64,000 bases of DNA from Octopus sinensis (Eukaryota). Shown in pieces: positions 36,515 through 50,071 of this stretch. The stretch spans positions 22,444,001 through 22,508,000 of the forward strand of contig NC_043005.1 in NCBI RefSeq assembly GCF_006345805.1, in the 5' to 3' direction. Each line of letters opens with the position of its first letter. The first letter of the stretch is position 1. The notes beneath the pieces were generated by a model that was not told where the DNA came from, did no database searches, and saw only the letters and a list, made by a program, of their open reading frames with translations. A program made the position numbers and the translations under genes.

Positions 36515-36700
36515 CTTAAGTGATGAAAATATGAAGTTCATATGACACGAAATTGTTGTTTTATAGGCAGGTTACAGAATGGGTTATACCACTTGACCTG
36601 CTCAACACGTGAGAATCGAACTGATAAACAACTATTTTATCAGATAATTAGTTTAATAATAGATAAAAATTGAACTACTACTAGTTTTAGTGATAACTGG
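36515..36700 (-). promoter_or_regulatory. Candidate core promoter and short non-coding first exon of CTSL copy A
   Basis: Minus strand: TATAAAA at 36565-36559, Inr-like TCATATT around 36532, consensus donor AAG|GTAAGT at 36515/36514, E-box TCACGTG at 36612-36606, and five WGATAA motifs within 36622-36696. Confidence 0.55.
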
Positions 36701-37775
36701 GACACGCTACTTGCAGTATCCATAATATAAGTAGATCTTTTATTATAATAGTATTAGTATTATTCGTAGTGCTGGTAGTCGAAGTAAAAGTTGACAGGAT
36801 CAAATGATGCATCATGCGATCTTATCTCATGACCCTAGTAGTAGTAGTAGTAGTAGTAGGCAAAGTCACATAGTATAATGCTGATATGATTAGAAGACGT
36901 ACAAAAAGAAAGACATTCTGAGAGACGGCTGAGGGGGATGTGCGGATTCAATGTATAAGGAGAATCAGAGTAATATAAATATAATGGTAAAGAATTGTGA
37001 AGAGATGGAGAGAAAAAGGTTAAAAAAATTAGGGGAAAGAAGATGAGAGAGAAGGAGAGAAGGAGAGAAAGAAAGAGAGAGCAAGATTATGGGAGAGATG
37101 AGAGATGGAAGGGGAAGACAGAAGGAGAGAGGAAGATTAGTGTACAGAATATGAGAGAGGCGTAGAAGATAGAATTGCCAGTTAAGAGTTAAATCAGTTT
37201 GTTTTTCGACGACATCTAGTATTGAACTAAAATCTCTTTTATTTTGTATATCAACGCTGTTGTGTAACCCAAGTCGCCCTTGGTTAGTATCTATGATCAA
37301 TGGGATTCCAGTGGCTTTCCAGTTATTTTTTCTCAAGAACAATGTATCTAGGACTATGTCATCCAATCTGTTTTTTGGTTGTTGTTTCTGTTGTTGCTGT
37401 TATTGTTGTTGATGCAGACCTTTTATCAAAAGCGCTCTAATAGTGGCCACCTGGTATATTCTTTCAAACACTATTTAGGATCACATTATTCAATGTGTTC
37501 TTCCCTATTTAAGTCGCAAATGTATTATTATAGGGACATTTGATGGATATTTCTAGCAGTCGAGCGATCACGTAGTGATATTTCTAGTAGTCGAGCGATC
37601 ATGTAGTAATTTACCTCGTTTGGTAAATTATTGGTATTAACGTTTAACCACAGGTCAGTTCTGGATAAGCAAGCTTATTATCAAAGGGCTTTGTTCGTGT
37701 CCATTCTATCTTTTGTTTCCAGACATAGTGTATCAAAGACCATGTTATTCTCTATTGTTGTTCTGTGTGCTTCTC

Positions 37776-37806
<31 letters not shown>

Positions 37807-37959
37807 AAGTCAAAAGTCAGCTCTCGTTGGTTCATTTACGTAATTTTAAACTAAGTTCCAATTCAGACACGAATAATACTTGAAAGAGTCAAAACTGTAG
37901 TTTGAAGGGCAATAACTATTATTTACTGTTTAGCATTTTTTAAAAACAAGATCAAGGAA

Positions 37960-40460
37960 AAAATGTTGCCATTGTGGGTATCAAAACTTCTGAACTTTCG
38001 GAGAGCATGTTCCTCATTACTTGGTCTTTTACAGCTGATATTTTAGCTCTACCAGAAAGTTCTTTGCCGAATGCCAGCTGATTGAAAGTTGATTTTTACT
38101 CGCGTGGATGCATAAAAAATGAGCGCTGTAAATCTGGAGTTGGTTTTGCCATCAAATTAAACAGCATGCGCAAATAAGGAATCTAGCAAATGGTGTAAAT
38201 GATCGTTCATATCCATTCATCTCCCTCTCAGTATCACACTAGTCAATGCCTGTCCACTAGCCATGTCCAACCATGAAGAATTTGATACACTCATCGCAAA
38301 CGTCTCTTAAGAGATGTTAGTAATTTTGGGTGATTTCCAAGAGTGTGTATAGACTTTCAAGCATGTGAAAGTGTGATAATAGAAGACTCCCTTTCTTTCT
38401 TCTCAACGCCTAGTACACGTGAACTTTTGATACAAATACTATATTTCGCCTTCCAGGTTGCAACGAAGCAACATGGATGCATCCATGATCCAAGAATTGA
38501 CACATTTTAGAATATGTCATCACGCGGCGGTGACAGGCAAGATGTTCTGGGCATTAACAAGATGTTCCGGCTGTGTGTGGAGCTCAACACTGGACCAATA
38601 ACAGATTAGTGTTATTCAAACTTGCCATCACTGTAGATTTAGAATCTCCCCTAGGAGCGTAACACAACAAAATTGAAACCAGTTGACACCGCTGACATAA
38701 TTTGAAATAACTTCAACACTACGTTATACCATCTACTCAGTAAATGTTGAGGAAGAATGGAAAAACAAACACCTGAACCGAGCAATAAGGAAACACCTGG
38801 ACTGATTTGACGAAAATGATAGCTGTACTAAGAACCTTTCAAGAAGTTCAAGCTTTTTTTACAACATACTACTGAGATACACCTAACATATCTAAGAAAA
38901 TAGCATTCATGGAGAAACGCTGGAATATACAAACCGATTAAGGATCATGCAAGAAAGCGGATTACCAAACAATGTGAGGTGATTATGGTAATAAACATGA
39001 CTAGAAGATTATCCATGACATTCAGTCGTATGTTGAAAAAAGGAACTGCAGATCTTCTAAGCGCTGATAGATCAACACCTCTCACGACAATAAATGAAAC
39101 TGTAATCTGATTACAGCTCCTAAGTAGCCAATCATCCCATCCATGTAGAAATGGCAAAAGCCATCATGCTATTGTCTTGCCGCAAACCTCGTAGATAAGA
39201 TATGCTATTCTATCGGAAATTTACAAGTTTGGAAAATGCTATGAATAATACCAAGATGCACACTTCACATTTGTTGATCTAACCAAGTCATTTGACACGA
39301 TAAGTTATATTTAAGTTTCTTTGTCCAAACATATTCACTAATATTGTCAGACAGTTTCAAGACAGCATGATGGCTCATATCCTCAACGATGACGAATCAT
39401 CCGTAGACTTTCTTGTTAACAATAGTTTAACCATAAATATATAATAGCGTTAACGTTGTGCACTATGATGTTCTCAACTATGCTCACAGATGCCCTCGAG
39501 GTTACAGAACGGATAGTGAACTTAACAATCTTGTACACCAGAAATCAATTACTGAAGTTCAAACTGCCACTGTCTGTGACACCTCATTGCAGAACATGAC
39601 TGTGCATTGAAACCAAACAATGCAAATTATACGCAACGAACTATGAAATTTCTCTGTATCCTACGGTAACTGAGGTCACCATCAGCATTACAAAAACTAA
39701 AGTAGTGTATCGACTTTCACCAGGCTACGAGTTCATTAAGCCAAAGATCATGATCAAAGATACTTGTGCCCTGGTAGCTGAGGAGTTCAACTATTAGTAG
39801 CATTTTTCCCCAGACCCGACTATATTGACAATATCAGTTTTAAGGGAAATAAAAGAAGCTAACGTTTTTTGAAATCTACACACCACTGTTTGGGAACATA
39901 GGAGTTTCATACCTTTCTTTACGTCTGCGAGGCATAGGCCATTTACAGCTGATGCATTGATAACTGAATTACTTTAATACAACATGTCTTTGCTGGTTAT
40001 TCTTCTTACACGGCGAAACAAGACTTGTTGAACTGCTCATATCACTCGCATGAATAATGTGCACATAGCAAAGCAAGTTCGTTTTGGTGAACTTGAACAC
40101 AGAAGGGAACAGTCTACGACTAGGAAAAATGCTACAAGGATAGCTTGAAAGTAACGTTGAAAGCTATGAGCATTGACACAGAATTCTGAGAACAGCTTTC
40201 TCAGAAAAGAGCCGTTTGATACCCATTCATCAACAGAAAGCACAAAATCCTCATAAGAGAAATGCATTTGTGCAACAAAAACCAAATTTGAGCTTCACAA
40301 TGCTCGGTCAGTCGACTCCTCAAATGAAGCTACATGCCACATGTGCCCTCTTTCCATTCCATAATCATAATTGGTCCATCAGCACAGTATGGATACATAC
40401 GATCTAATCAACCAACTAGTCAAAGTCATGGCCATCGTCGATTACCAATTGACGAACTCA
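37960..40460 (+). mobile_element. Heavily decayed RTE (BovB-like) LINE
   Basis: Frameshifted remnants of the endonuclease (SGVGFAIK, WMHP..YVITRR), RT region and C-terminal zinc knuckle (TC..F...IG..S...HT*), plus a short RTE-like 3' tail. Confidence 0.7.
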
Positions 40461-41479
40461 CTTGTCCATTCCAGGCGAGACCATCCAGTCTCTTTTCATA
40501 AACCTTTTTGTCAGATATTATCCAATATTTTCTGCACATTTTAAAGACAGCACAGTTTGATTTAAGTGAAATTTAGCTGCTATAGCAGCAGGCTCCTTCT
40601 GGGGGTTTGTCGATAGCAGAGGTTGCAGAGGTGGGTGTTGGGTAACGTTGACCCTGATGAGGTTGTTGATATTGGAGGTGATGAGAGGGACCTTGTTTAT
40701 TTTCAAATTATCTCCTGACTTAGTATATGTACAGTTTTACTATTTAATGTGTTCCTATGTTTTTGAGAAAGTGAGATGTAATTTGGCGGCTACTTTTAGC
40801 TGGCCGAGCGAGCACAGAGACTCCTCGATGGTTCATGATGGTTGTTGTATTGTTAATGTTGATGATCGTGGTGATGGTAGTAGTATGGAAGATGGTGATG
40901 TTGTTATTGTTTGTAGTAGTGAAGGAGGTTATGTGAATTATGATAATGATATTATTGCTAGTGGAGTTTGTGGTGAGTGTGGGGTAGTTTGAAGTGAAGA
41001 TAAGTGGTAGATATGAGTATTTAACTTTGATACTGAAAAGCAGAGTTGCTGTCTGCAATGGAATACATGTTTACAGGTTATCTACACCTCACATGATTAT
41101 CATTTCAAGCTTCAGATGAGATAACCCTTATCCTACCACCACACATACACAAACACACAGTACACTTCGCGAATATAAGGAGATCTCATTTGTATAGTTC
41201 ATTTAAGAACTTTCACACGAAATCTATTATGTTAGTTCTCGTGACTGATCAAATATGAATTATAATTACTTTAGAGGTAAACTATTAAATATAGATAGCG
41301 TAGAGCTGACCTAATTTGATCAAATGTAATTAACTTAGATTTTAACATGTTCAAGATTGGTTGACTTCGACCTAAGCGAACCTCATTTGACATAACTAGC
41401 CTAGACTTAAGCTAACTTCATTAGACTAGATATAATTAGCTTAGGTCTCAGATAATCCGAAAAAAAAATAGCGTTCATG

Positions 41480-43530
41480 ATTGCTGATATTCGAAATTGC
41501 TCTCATATATGCTATCTAACGCCACAACCTCTAATTATGACTATGAACTATCTGACCGTATGGTCTCTAACCCTATTGTCCATAATGGTCTGACCTGGTC
41601 TCTGATACAAAGACCTCTGATATTCAAAGTGTCCCAGATCCCTAAGATAATTGATCACCAAACATGTTCACTATTGTTTAGACATGTTCTCAGACCTTAA
41701 AATCGCTGACCTCTAGATATGGTTTCTGATCTAATCGTCGCTGATCTACAAAGATGCTAGATGGCTCTACAATATTTAATCGACAGACATGCTCTTTGAT
41801 GTCTGATCTCCAGATTTAATGTCTGGCCATAACATGATTGTCAAATAAGATTTCATATCCCGTGACATCTGATATCTGACATACTTCTAAACACTTGGGC
41901 TCTGGTCTCTGATTTCCAAATATAGACTTTCTGGTCTCTGAATATAGACCACTTGGGATCCAAATATTGATCCTATGAAGTGTTTCCCAATATGATTTTC
42001 TTATCTCAGAACCTCTGATCGCCAAGTATGCTTTCCGACCTCATGAGCTCTAATCAACAGAAATATTCTAACACTACTTTCTTATGTTTAAACATTGGCT
42101 CAGACGCCATAAACTATTATCTCCAATTTTTCTCTCTGATCCATAACGTCTGATCTCCAAGTATTCTTCATGAAATCAAGATATATGCTCTTTAGTCAAT
42201 TATTCTGAACGCCAAACATAGCCTCTAACCTATGATCTCTGATCGCTAAATATAGTCTCGTTCTTGTGATCTCTAATCTTCAGGTATGGTTTCTGACCTC
42301 CACGACTTCAAGCTCTCTGACTCTATGTCCCCTGGTTTCCATTATAGTCTCTGATCTCCAAACATGATGTTTAACCCATAACATCAAATTTCCTAACATG
42401 CAAACTGACTTCAAGACATATATCTAGCCAGAGTATCTAACCCCGTGAACTATGATCTCTTGTCATGGTCTCTGATTCCATAGTCTTCGACCTAGTAGCC
42501 TCTAATGTTCAGATATTATTTCTATTTCTGGTCTCCTGTTATAATCTCCGACCCTATGACATCTGGTCTCCAGACTATCGTTGTGTCCTGATGAACTCTT
42601 TCTCTGACACATAATATTATCTCCAGACTAGCTCTCTAACTCCATAAACTCAAAACATGCTCTCTATTTCATGATCTCTCATTTCCAGAAATCTTCTTTA
42701 AACCTATCAATTCTGAATTCCATCCCGGCTCTCCAACTCATGATAAAGGTTCGATCAACAAGACCATTCACACTGGTTTCTAATCTAAAATGCTTTATGT
42801 TTCCATAACCTGTCGTCTCTAAACTTGGCTTCTGATCTCTGTGATCTCTTAACTTTACACATCCTGACTGATTCTTGACATATGATACCCAAACAAATTT
42901 TTTTCAGGCTCCAAGTATAACCTTAGGATTCCATGCGATATTGTCTCGAAGCCCAGACTCTGAATTCATGACCCACGATCTCCAGATATGGTATTTGAAA
43001 TCCATGACATGTCACCTCCAGATATAATTATAGTTTCTGAATTTGACCCATTTTGTCTGACCATAGGGTCTTTAACCTTATGTCTTCTGATGTCCAGACA
43101 TGGTTTCATTCTGCAAGACCTTGATATGCTCACTGACCTTATGATCTTTCATCACCAGAAATGATCTCTGATTCATGACAACTGATCACCAGATAATGTT
43201 TGTAACCCCTCGTTCTCTAGTCCAATGGTCTCTGGTTTCTTGGCCATAGGCTCCCAACCCATGAACTCTGAACCTATTATCACTGATCGCCAGAAATACT
43301 CATACTTTTTGGCCTTAAAGTTCCAGGTTTGAACTTTGACCACTGATATATGATTTTAAGACAGGGTCCCTAACTCTACAGTTACTGATCCCCAGCTTTG
43401 GTCTTTGATCGCAAGATATCCGTTATTATGATTTCTGATTCTATAATCTTTAACACTCAAGGTTTCTCGACTTATGGTCTTTGATACTATAGTGTCTGAT
43501 CTCTGTAGCCTTTCATTTCCAGATATGCTT
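41480..43530. repeat. Degenerate ~34-bp minisatellite array (~2 kb)
   Basis: Consecutive 34-nt units, e.g. TCTGAACGCCAAACATAGCCTCTAACCTATGATC and TCTGATCGCTAAATATAGTCTCGTTCTTGTGATC near 42204-42271; approximate consensus TCTGATCTCCAGATATGGTCTCTGACCTATGATC. Confidence 0.8.
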
Positions 43531-43639
43531 TCTGCTTTCAGGATCCCTCATTTCCAACAATCTTAGATTCCATGACCCTTCGTTTTATTTTGTTTGTTCT
43601 TTTATTGTTTTGGTCGGCATCAGATATTGTATTCTTGGA

Positions 43640-44060
43640 TCTTACAAACTCTCTGGGCACCATTAACGTTTCACTTACACTCTTGTAAGTCGACACTAGC
43701 AAGTAAAGCATGGAAGGGGAGGTAATTCCAGGGAACCTATGTTCCAAAGATGAAGGGTTGGACATAGTAGTTAATGCGAAAGCTAGAGTGTATACAGTAC
43801 GGGTAATAAGGGACACGAGAATCGAGCATTATTGAATGGAGATGGCACGAGACAAATGATTTCTGAGGAGCAGAGGCTGCAGCAATAGCGGTAACAAAGC
43901 AGAGAGAGGAAACAGCATGTCTGTGACCCAGAGGTGTCTCGGTGAACGATTCCATGCCAATCAGTCTAGCTGATAGAGTGTGGGTCAGTGATGATTTAAT
44001 CAGCACACATTTTGAAAGTATAACCTGACTAAAAGCAACTGACCTAAGAGCCAAGAATTA
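43640..44060 (-). mobile_element. CR1/Jockey-group LINE 3' fragment
   Basis: PLGHRHAVSSLC..., then LWN-LP-like remnant (SLEHRFPGITSPSML in another frame). Confidence 0.55.
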
Positions 44061-45199
44061 GACAGAGTTCATCTGTTTTCTTAACAATAAATGAATATGA
44101 TTTAATAGCAGATTTCTCACAATCAAAAGCTTTCTTGTGTTTGGCAGTGTTTTTATGAGCTAACAGCATTGATTTGTTAGCATTTTGAAGACAACGTCGC
44201 TAGAAACGCAGTAGCAGGTGTCAGGATTTTTATCCTCTTGCCGTAACTAATCTTTAAGCTCAGCATCCTCCAATCACGACTTCTTTAAATTTTGGGTGTA
44301 CCACTACCTCTTTTTGGACATACTTTGCAAGGGGTTACAAAACAAAAACACCCACTCAAAATGTTGTTAAATTTTAAATCGCGGGTAACAATCGAAGCGT
44401 ACACCATCATCACAGTCAAGCTGTCAACTGACGGTGTTAGAGTTTCAGAAAAGTGTACAAGCGGCCACCAACGCGTTGTAACTTGTTGCCCGGTATGATA
44501 CAAGTATAAACAAATAATGAACGCGTTCGATCGGTAATTACGTCACATACAATATTTGTATCGATAAATTCATTATGTGAGATGATTATGGATGATATAT
44601 AGAAAGTTTACAAAGTATTAGAATAGGTGCAACTTTGGTACATATTGCATCCAAAGAGTATGACACTGAATTCTCTTTAAAAGACAAGTTTGCAGCTAAA
44701 ACTAACTTAAAAACCCAGATTTACTGTAACTTTGGAAATTAAAACCCATAAACCCATCATTACTAAAAAAAACCCAGATCTAGATGGGGAAAAAACCTAT
44801 CAGTGGCATCCCTGAGTTACTAGAAGCACTACGCCATAGGATCTGGAAGGTGAGGAACATTGTGTAATATGTGGATGTTTGATGGTGAGTTTCGATAATC
44901 CAGTTGCTTGATGACCCGTCAGGCGCAAAGACTGTGATATTATGGTTAAGATTGACTTCAGAGATAAGAAATGATGAACACTGAGTGGTGAAATTTTGTG
45001 TCAGTCTGGAATGTGTGTAGAACAGTGGTTGTCAATGTTTTCGATCTTAGGCTGCATTGGAACTAGTACAAAAATTACTGACGCATTTCGCATTATAACT
45101 TTAAAGTACATTGTATTTAGATGTTTAAAATTGAGAAAAATATAGAAAACTATTGCAAACTTGTGTATGAATTATGAATAATTTATAAATCATAAATAA

Positions 45200-45280
45200 C
45201 AGGCGCAGGCGTGATACTTTAGGCAAGAGTCGACCAAAGCGCGTGAGTGGATTTAGTAGACGGAAACCAAAAAGAAACTT

Positions 45281-45360
<80 letters not shown>

Positions 45361-45540
45361 GTGTATTTATATATCCGTAACTTAGAGGTTTAGCAAAAGT
45401 GACCGATAGAACAAGTACCAAATTTAGAAGAAAATATGTACTGGAATCAATTCATTCGACTAAATATTCCTCAAGGCGGTGCCCCAGTATGGCCGCAGTC
45501 TAATGACTGAAACAAGTAAAAGATAAAAGATAAAAGATAA
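45200..45540 (+). mobile_element. SINE family 2 (5'-truncated) with (TG)n
   Basis: cgaccaaagc..gtgagtggatttagtagacggaaac..aaggcggtgccccagtatggccgcagtctaatgactgaaac. Confidence 0.75.
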
Positions 45541-46301
45541 AAAGCATGTTTTTCAAGATTCTCTTAAGCCTTAAATTTTATTTTTGAAAATCCATGAAAC
45601 ACTAAGCTGAGAAAACCGCTTTAGAACGATTAGTGAAGAGAATGTAAGTGGTAGATGTAGTGAATTGAAGACTGGGAAGCATTTGATTTCTGTGCCGGCT
45701 ACTTCAGCATAGCAAGAACTGTAAGAGGCAAGAAGAGTTGTGAGCATTGAAGCCATCGAACACAATGATCTCGAAGTGTGATAGATGTTATCAACGCAAT
45801 AAATAATACGGTGGAAGTGTTATTGGTGGCTGGAGGAGTTTGATGAGCAGTACAGAAAATGTATTTGGAAGTATAGGGGAACTGGAATTCCTTGTTGGGT
45901 ATGTGAGTGACTGGTAGAGCCACACATAGTTCCTGCTTGGAAATGTAAGAGACTCACTCTGGAGAGAGAAATTTACAAATGTGCTCACACCACAGAGAGA
46001 CGTTTGAGTTATGTGTGCATACCAGACCATAGAGATGGAATAGAAAGAGAGGTTGAGAAATTTGAGTCTCTAACAAGAATAATAAGTGTAGTTTACGTGT
46101 TAGTATGAAATGTTGCATAGAATACAGATCAGATCTGGTGTTGAACAGAGAACCATACTGTACACTCGTACATTAAGTAGTTTTTCCTATCGACTGGTGT
46201 GTGTTAGCCCAGGTAACTGTATTACATCTACTAACTCAAAAATTCCTATTGGCTGGTGTGTGTTAGCCCAGGTAACTCTATTATATCTACTAACTCAAAA
46301 A

Positions 46302-46457
46302 TTCTATGTTCTCACTAGCTGCTGGTGGGGCGATTTTCATTTCCCTCTTATATATATATTGTGATTTTGAACATTTAAACACAGCACGTCCATAAGAGAT
46401 ATTATCTCTAGACGTATACCGTAATAAATATATATACAGCTCTCTTTCTCTCTCTCC

Positions 46458-46541
<84 letters not shown>

Positions 46542-46674
46542 ACACACACACACACACATACACACATAAATATATACACATGCATAGAAAAGTAGTAGCC
46601 GAATCAATTTTAAATACTTATTCGTTCAATTGTTATCCATTAACATAAATATACTTGCAATTAATTTATAAAAA
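46302..46674 (+). repeat. Left arm of long inverted repeat (pairs with 49875-50295)
   Basis: Reverse complement matches 49875-50295 end to end, about 7 substitutions in the outer ~135 nt; the central (TC)n(AC)n tract varies in length. Confidence 0.9.
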
Positions 46675-47609
46675 TATCTACTACGCTGAATGCCAACAGT
46701 TTCTAATAATTTTCATACTGTAGGTAGGTAAGGGATACTTGGTAGGAAGAACGTAATTGGTTTTCATCTACATTTATTACTTGGAGGGATATGTTTCAAT
46801 TCAGTTTTTGGAACGTTTCGAACAACTGTATTTCGTCAATATAGAAGGAAGGAAAAGTGAGAAAAATTGTTTTGAAGAAGGAAAAAATGGTGTATTATAG
46901 ACAGCATCGGATTGGATGAGACAAAAGTTAACACAGGCTTGAGAAATCGGATAGCGATCGAAAATAAAGGGGTAAAAAGGCAGTTCGTGGTAGAGAGGAA
47001 ATGCGTATTTTCTTCTTTTCCCGTATCCATTTCATTACCAGTCACATTTCCTTCAGCCTTACCTCGTGTTCCGTCATCCACTCTCACCAACGCACCAACC
47101 TGCAAAATTTGGGCTTATTCACTTCAACCTCGCTATTTCGCCCACCTTCCCTCAACATCTTGCTCTTTTTTCGACGCAAATGCAGCCTGACCGACCTTCT
47201 GTTGCTCAGCCTCTTCACCTCTCTCTACACATAAACTGTATCATTTTGCACTCGCTCCCGCTATCATATCTGTCACTTTGTCCAGAGCATCACCAACCTT
47301 TTGATTCTTGTTTTCTCTTTGTATATTACAAATAGTTTCACCTCTGGAAATCTCTTCCTGCCCATTATTTCCCCATGCAGTTGTGAATTTGAAGTTTTTC
47401 ATCAACTACGTCGATCTTGGAGTGTGATAGGTATAAGCACTGTCCCATCTCTAGAACAAACTATTAAAAAATGAGTGTATGTTTGTGTTTGAATGTGCGT
47501 GTGTAGGTGCGTGTGTGCATGCGCGTGTGCTTGTGTATGTGTGTGCGTGTGTGTGCGCGCGCGATCGGTCGTTTGACTTCAAAAGTGAATAATGGTATAT
47601 AAAACACGA

Positions 47610-49251
47610 TCTCTCTCTATATAAAACTGAGAATGTGTGTGTATCTGTCTGTCTGTCTGTCTGTCTGACTGTCTGTGTGTTTCCCTAAAACTTGAGAACT
47701 ACACAACCAATTTCATTCAAATTTTACATATGCCTTACTTAGGGTCCATGTAGTTTCATGAGCAAAAAAATTCAACTTTTTGCCTAGCGCGAGGCCATAG
47801 CAATATCATATCTTCTCCACTATTTCAGTATTACGTGTTAAAAGTGAAACAAAAATATTTCTCTATTTTATGTCAGATACTTTCACTTTCACAATAAAAA
47901 TTAGAAATAATAATAACAATTGAATTATACGTAGTAAGTAATAATTAAAATCAAACTAAAGTATAATATAATCGTAACATAACAAAAGTAAAAATAGCAA
48001 TTGGTATAAAATTGCATCAATGACTTGAACTTGAATAAGTGGTTTCACATGAATAGGAATAAACGAAAAATAAAATTAGCGTGCAGAAATGGAATAGTCC
48101 AGATGGAGCTGTGCACATACCCTTTACCACTACTTTTACATTAGATTATCTGCTAATTAGCTAGCATTAAGTATCTATATGAAGTTTAGCTGTATGTAAT
48201 GTCTGTTTTCTCGAACAGCATCTTCTACTGAGTACTGCTGTTTGTTTATTTTCTTATACATAAAGGACTATAGCTTCAACTGCGTACTGCTTTTTGATTC
48301 ACCGTAAAGTTTGTTGTTATTATTATTACTGTTTAACTATTGTTGTCCCGTTTGTTGGCTTCTCGTAAGGGAAACATTGTTGTGTTGCATTTGTTAAATA
48401 ATTGTAAACTATAACCCTCCCCCTTTGGGAGAAGGAGATTTGGTTATTGTTTAAAAATTGGATTGTGTCCCTGTTTGGGGAAATTGAGAATATTTTCAAC
48501 GTTTACACGGAAGCATTTTTGTTAGAATGCCTTCGATAGAAGAAAGTCCCAAAATGAATTTTGCTGCAGCCGTCGGCGGGCGTCAGTTCATTAAAATTAA
48601 AATGGAAGAAATGCAAACCTATTTCGGATTGATCACCGACAAAGAAAGTGAATCTAGGATAACACCACCAAATGAAATAAAAAATTAAATTAAAGAAAAG
48701 ACTATTGTCTATAAAGTATACAATGTAGAGAATAAAAAAAAGATTTGAACACCTGGAGGAAAGCACAATCGAAAAGTGTCTTGGTGCGACTATGAAAGAT
48801 ATCTAAACAGAGGCGGTAAATTCGCCACAATAGATGCAAGGTTCGAGTCAACGGAACTCGAATCTTGCAAAGTGGAAATATTTTATTTTTACTTTTATAT
48901 CTGGGACGTAGGACGTCCCGGATAAAAATTTAAAATGTCCCCCCCAGAAGGCTGGATTTTAGTCTGGATTAAAAATGTCCCCCCCCCCGAAGGCTGGATG
49001 GTAGGCTGGATTGTAGCCACACTTCTATACAAGAGGGAGGACAAGATACAATTGATCGAAATTGCAAGAGACGGGCCTACAATTCCAGTCTGTTATATAT
49101 TTTGAGTATTGTTAGCACTAGCGATATCAAGATATAACTTTGTATTTTGTATTTTATGTGTAGATGTTTATATATAGATGTACATGTAATATGTACACAT
49201 ATATATACACATATATACATGCACTAGCACTATGATCCGGCATAATGCTAG
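47610..49251 (+). mobile_element. Non-autonomous Helitron with both termini (1.64 kb)
   Basis: Starts A|TC(TC)nTATATAAAAC followed by (CTGT)n and CAACCAATTTCATTCAAATTTT; ends in the hairpin TAGCACTATG-ATCCGG-CATAATGCTA with terminal CTAG|T. Confidence 0.8.
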
Positions 49252-49874
49252 TATACGATAAACTTTTGAGTTAGTGAAGTTATCTTCATCATCAGAGAAG
49301 GTAAAACAATCATCTGGTAACAATTGAAACCAACTTCTAATGGGAAGGGAAGATAATCTTAAGAATCAAGATTTTTCGAACTGACACGACGCGAAGGATA
49401 ACTTCAATAAAACAAGAAATTAAACTTTATAGTATTTCATATGTTTTTAATTGTTTATTGTTCAAACTCATGCTACTGGCCACTCTGAATTAATTTTCTT
49501 CGCTTATTTTTGTTTTAATTATGCAAACCAGTCCAAGTCATAAATGTTCTTTATAGTTTGTATACATATCTGAGTTCTTTGTCTGCTGGAACTAATGTAG
49601 GACAACTGTTCTGCTGATAGTGCTGAGGTAGAAACACATGACCGTATCTGCCAAGTTGTCTCCAGATAATCATACTGTCTTCACCTTAAGCTGGATGGTC
49701 TAATTCAATTGTAATTAAGTGTTCTTTGACAGAAAACGAAAGAGTTGCATGCATGTTGGATCGTCAGTCGATTTGGCCTTTTTACTGAAACCAAATAATC
49801 CTTCACAAACTGTTACTTAGAGTTTAACGCAACCGTTCATCAGACAATTATAATAATACGAATTCGTAAAAAAC

Positions 49875-49997
49875 TTTTATAAATTAATTGAAAGTATATT
49901 TATGTTTATGGATAACAATTGAACGAATAAGTATTTAAATTGATTCGGCTACTAATTTCTATGCATGTGTATATATTTATGTGTGTGTGTGTATGTG

Positions 49998-50071
<74 letters not shown>

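Noticed and set aside
45820-46030. Possible C2H2 zinc-finger remnant (THSGER.YKC-like with a frameshift)
   Set aside because: A single frameshifted linker-like match with no complete C-x2-C...H-x3-H finger, so it is not supportable.
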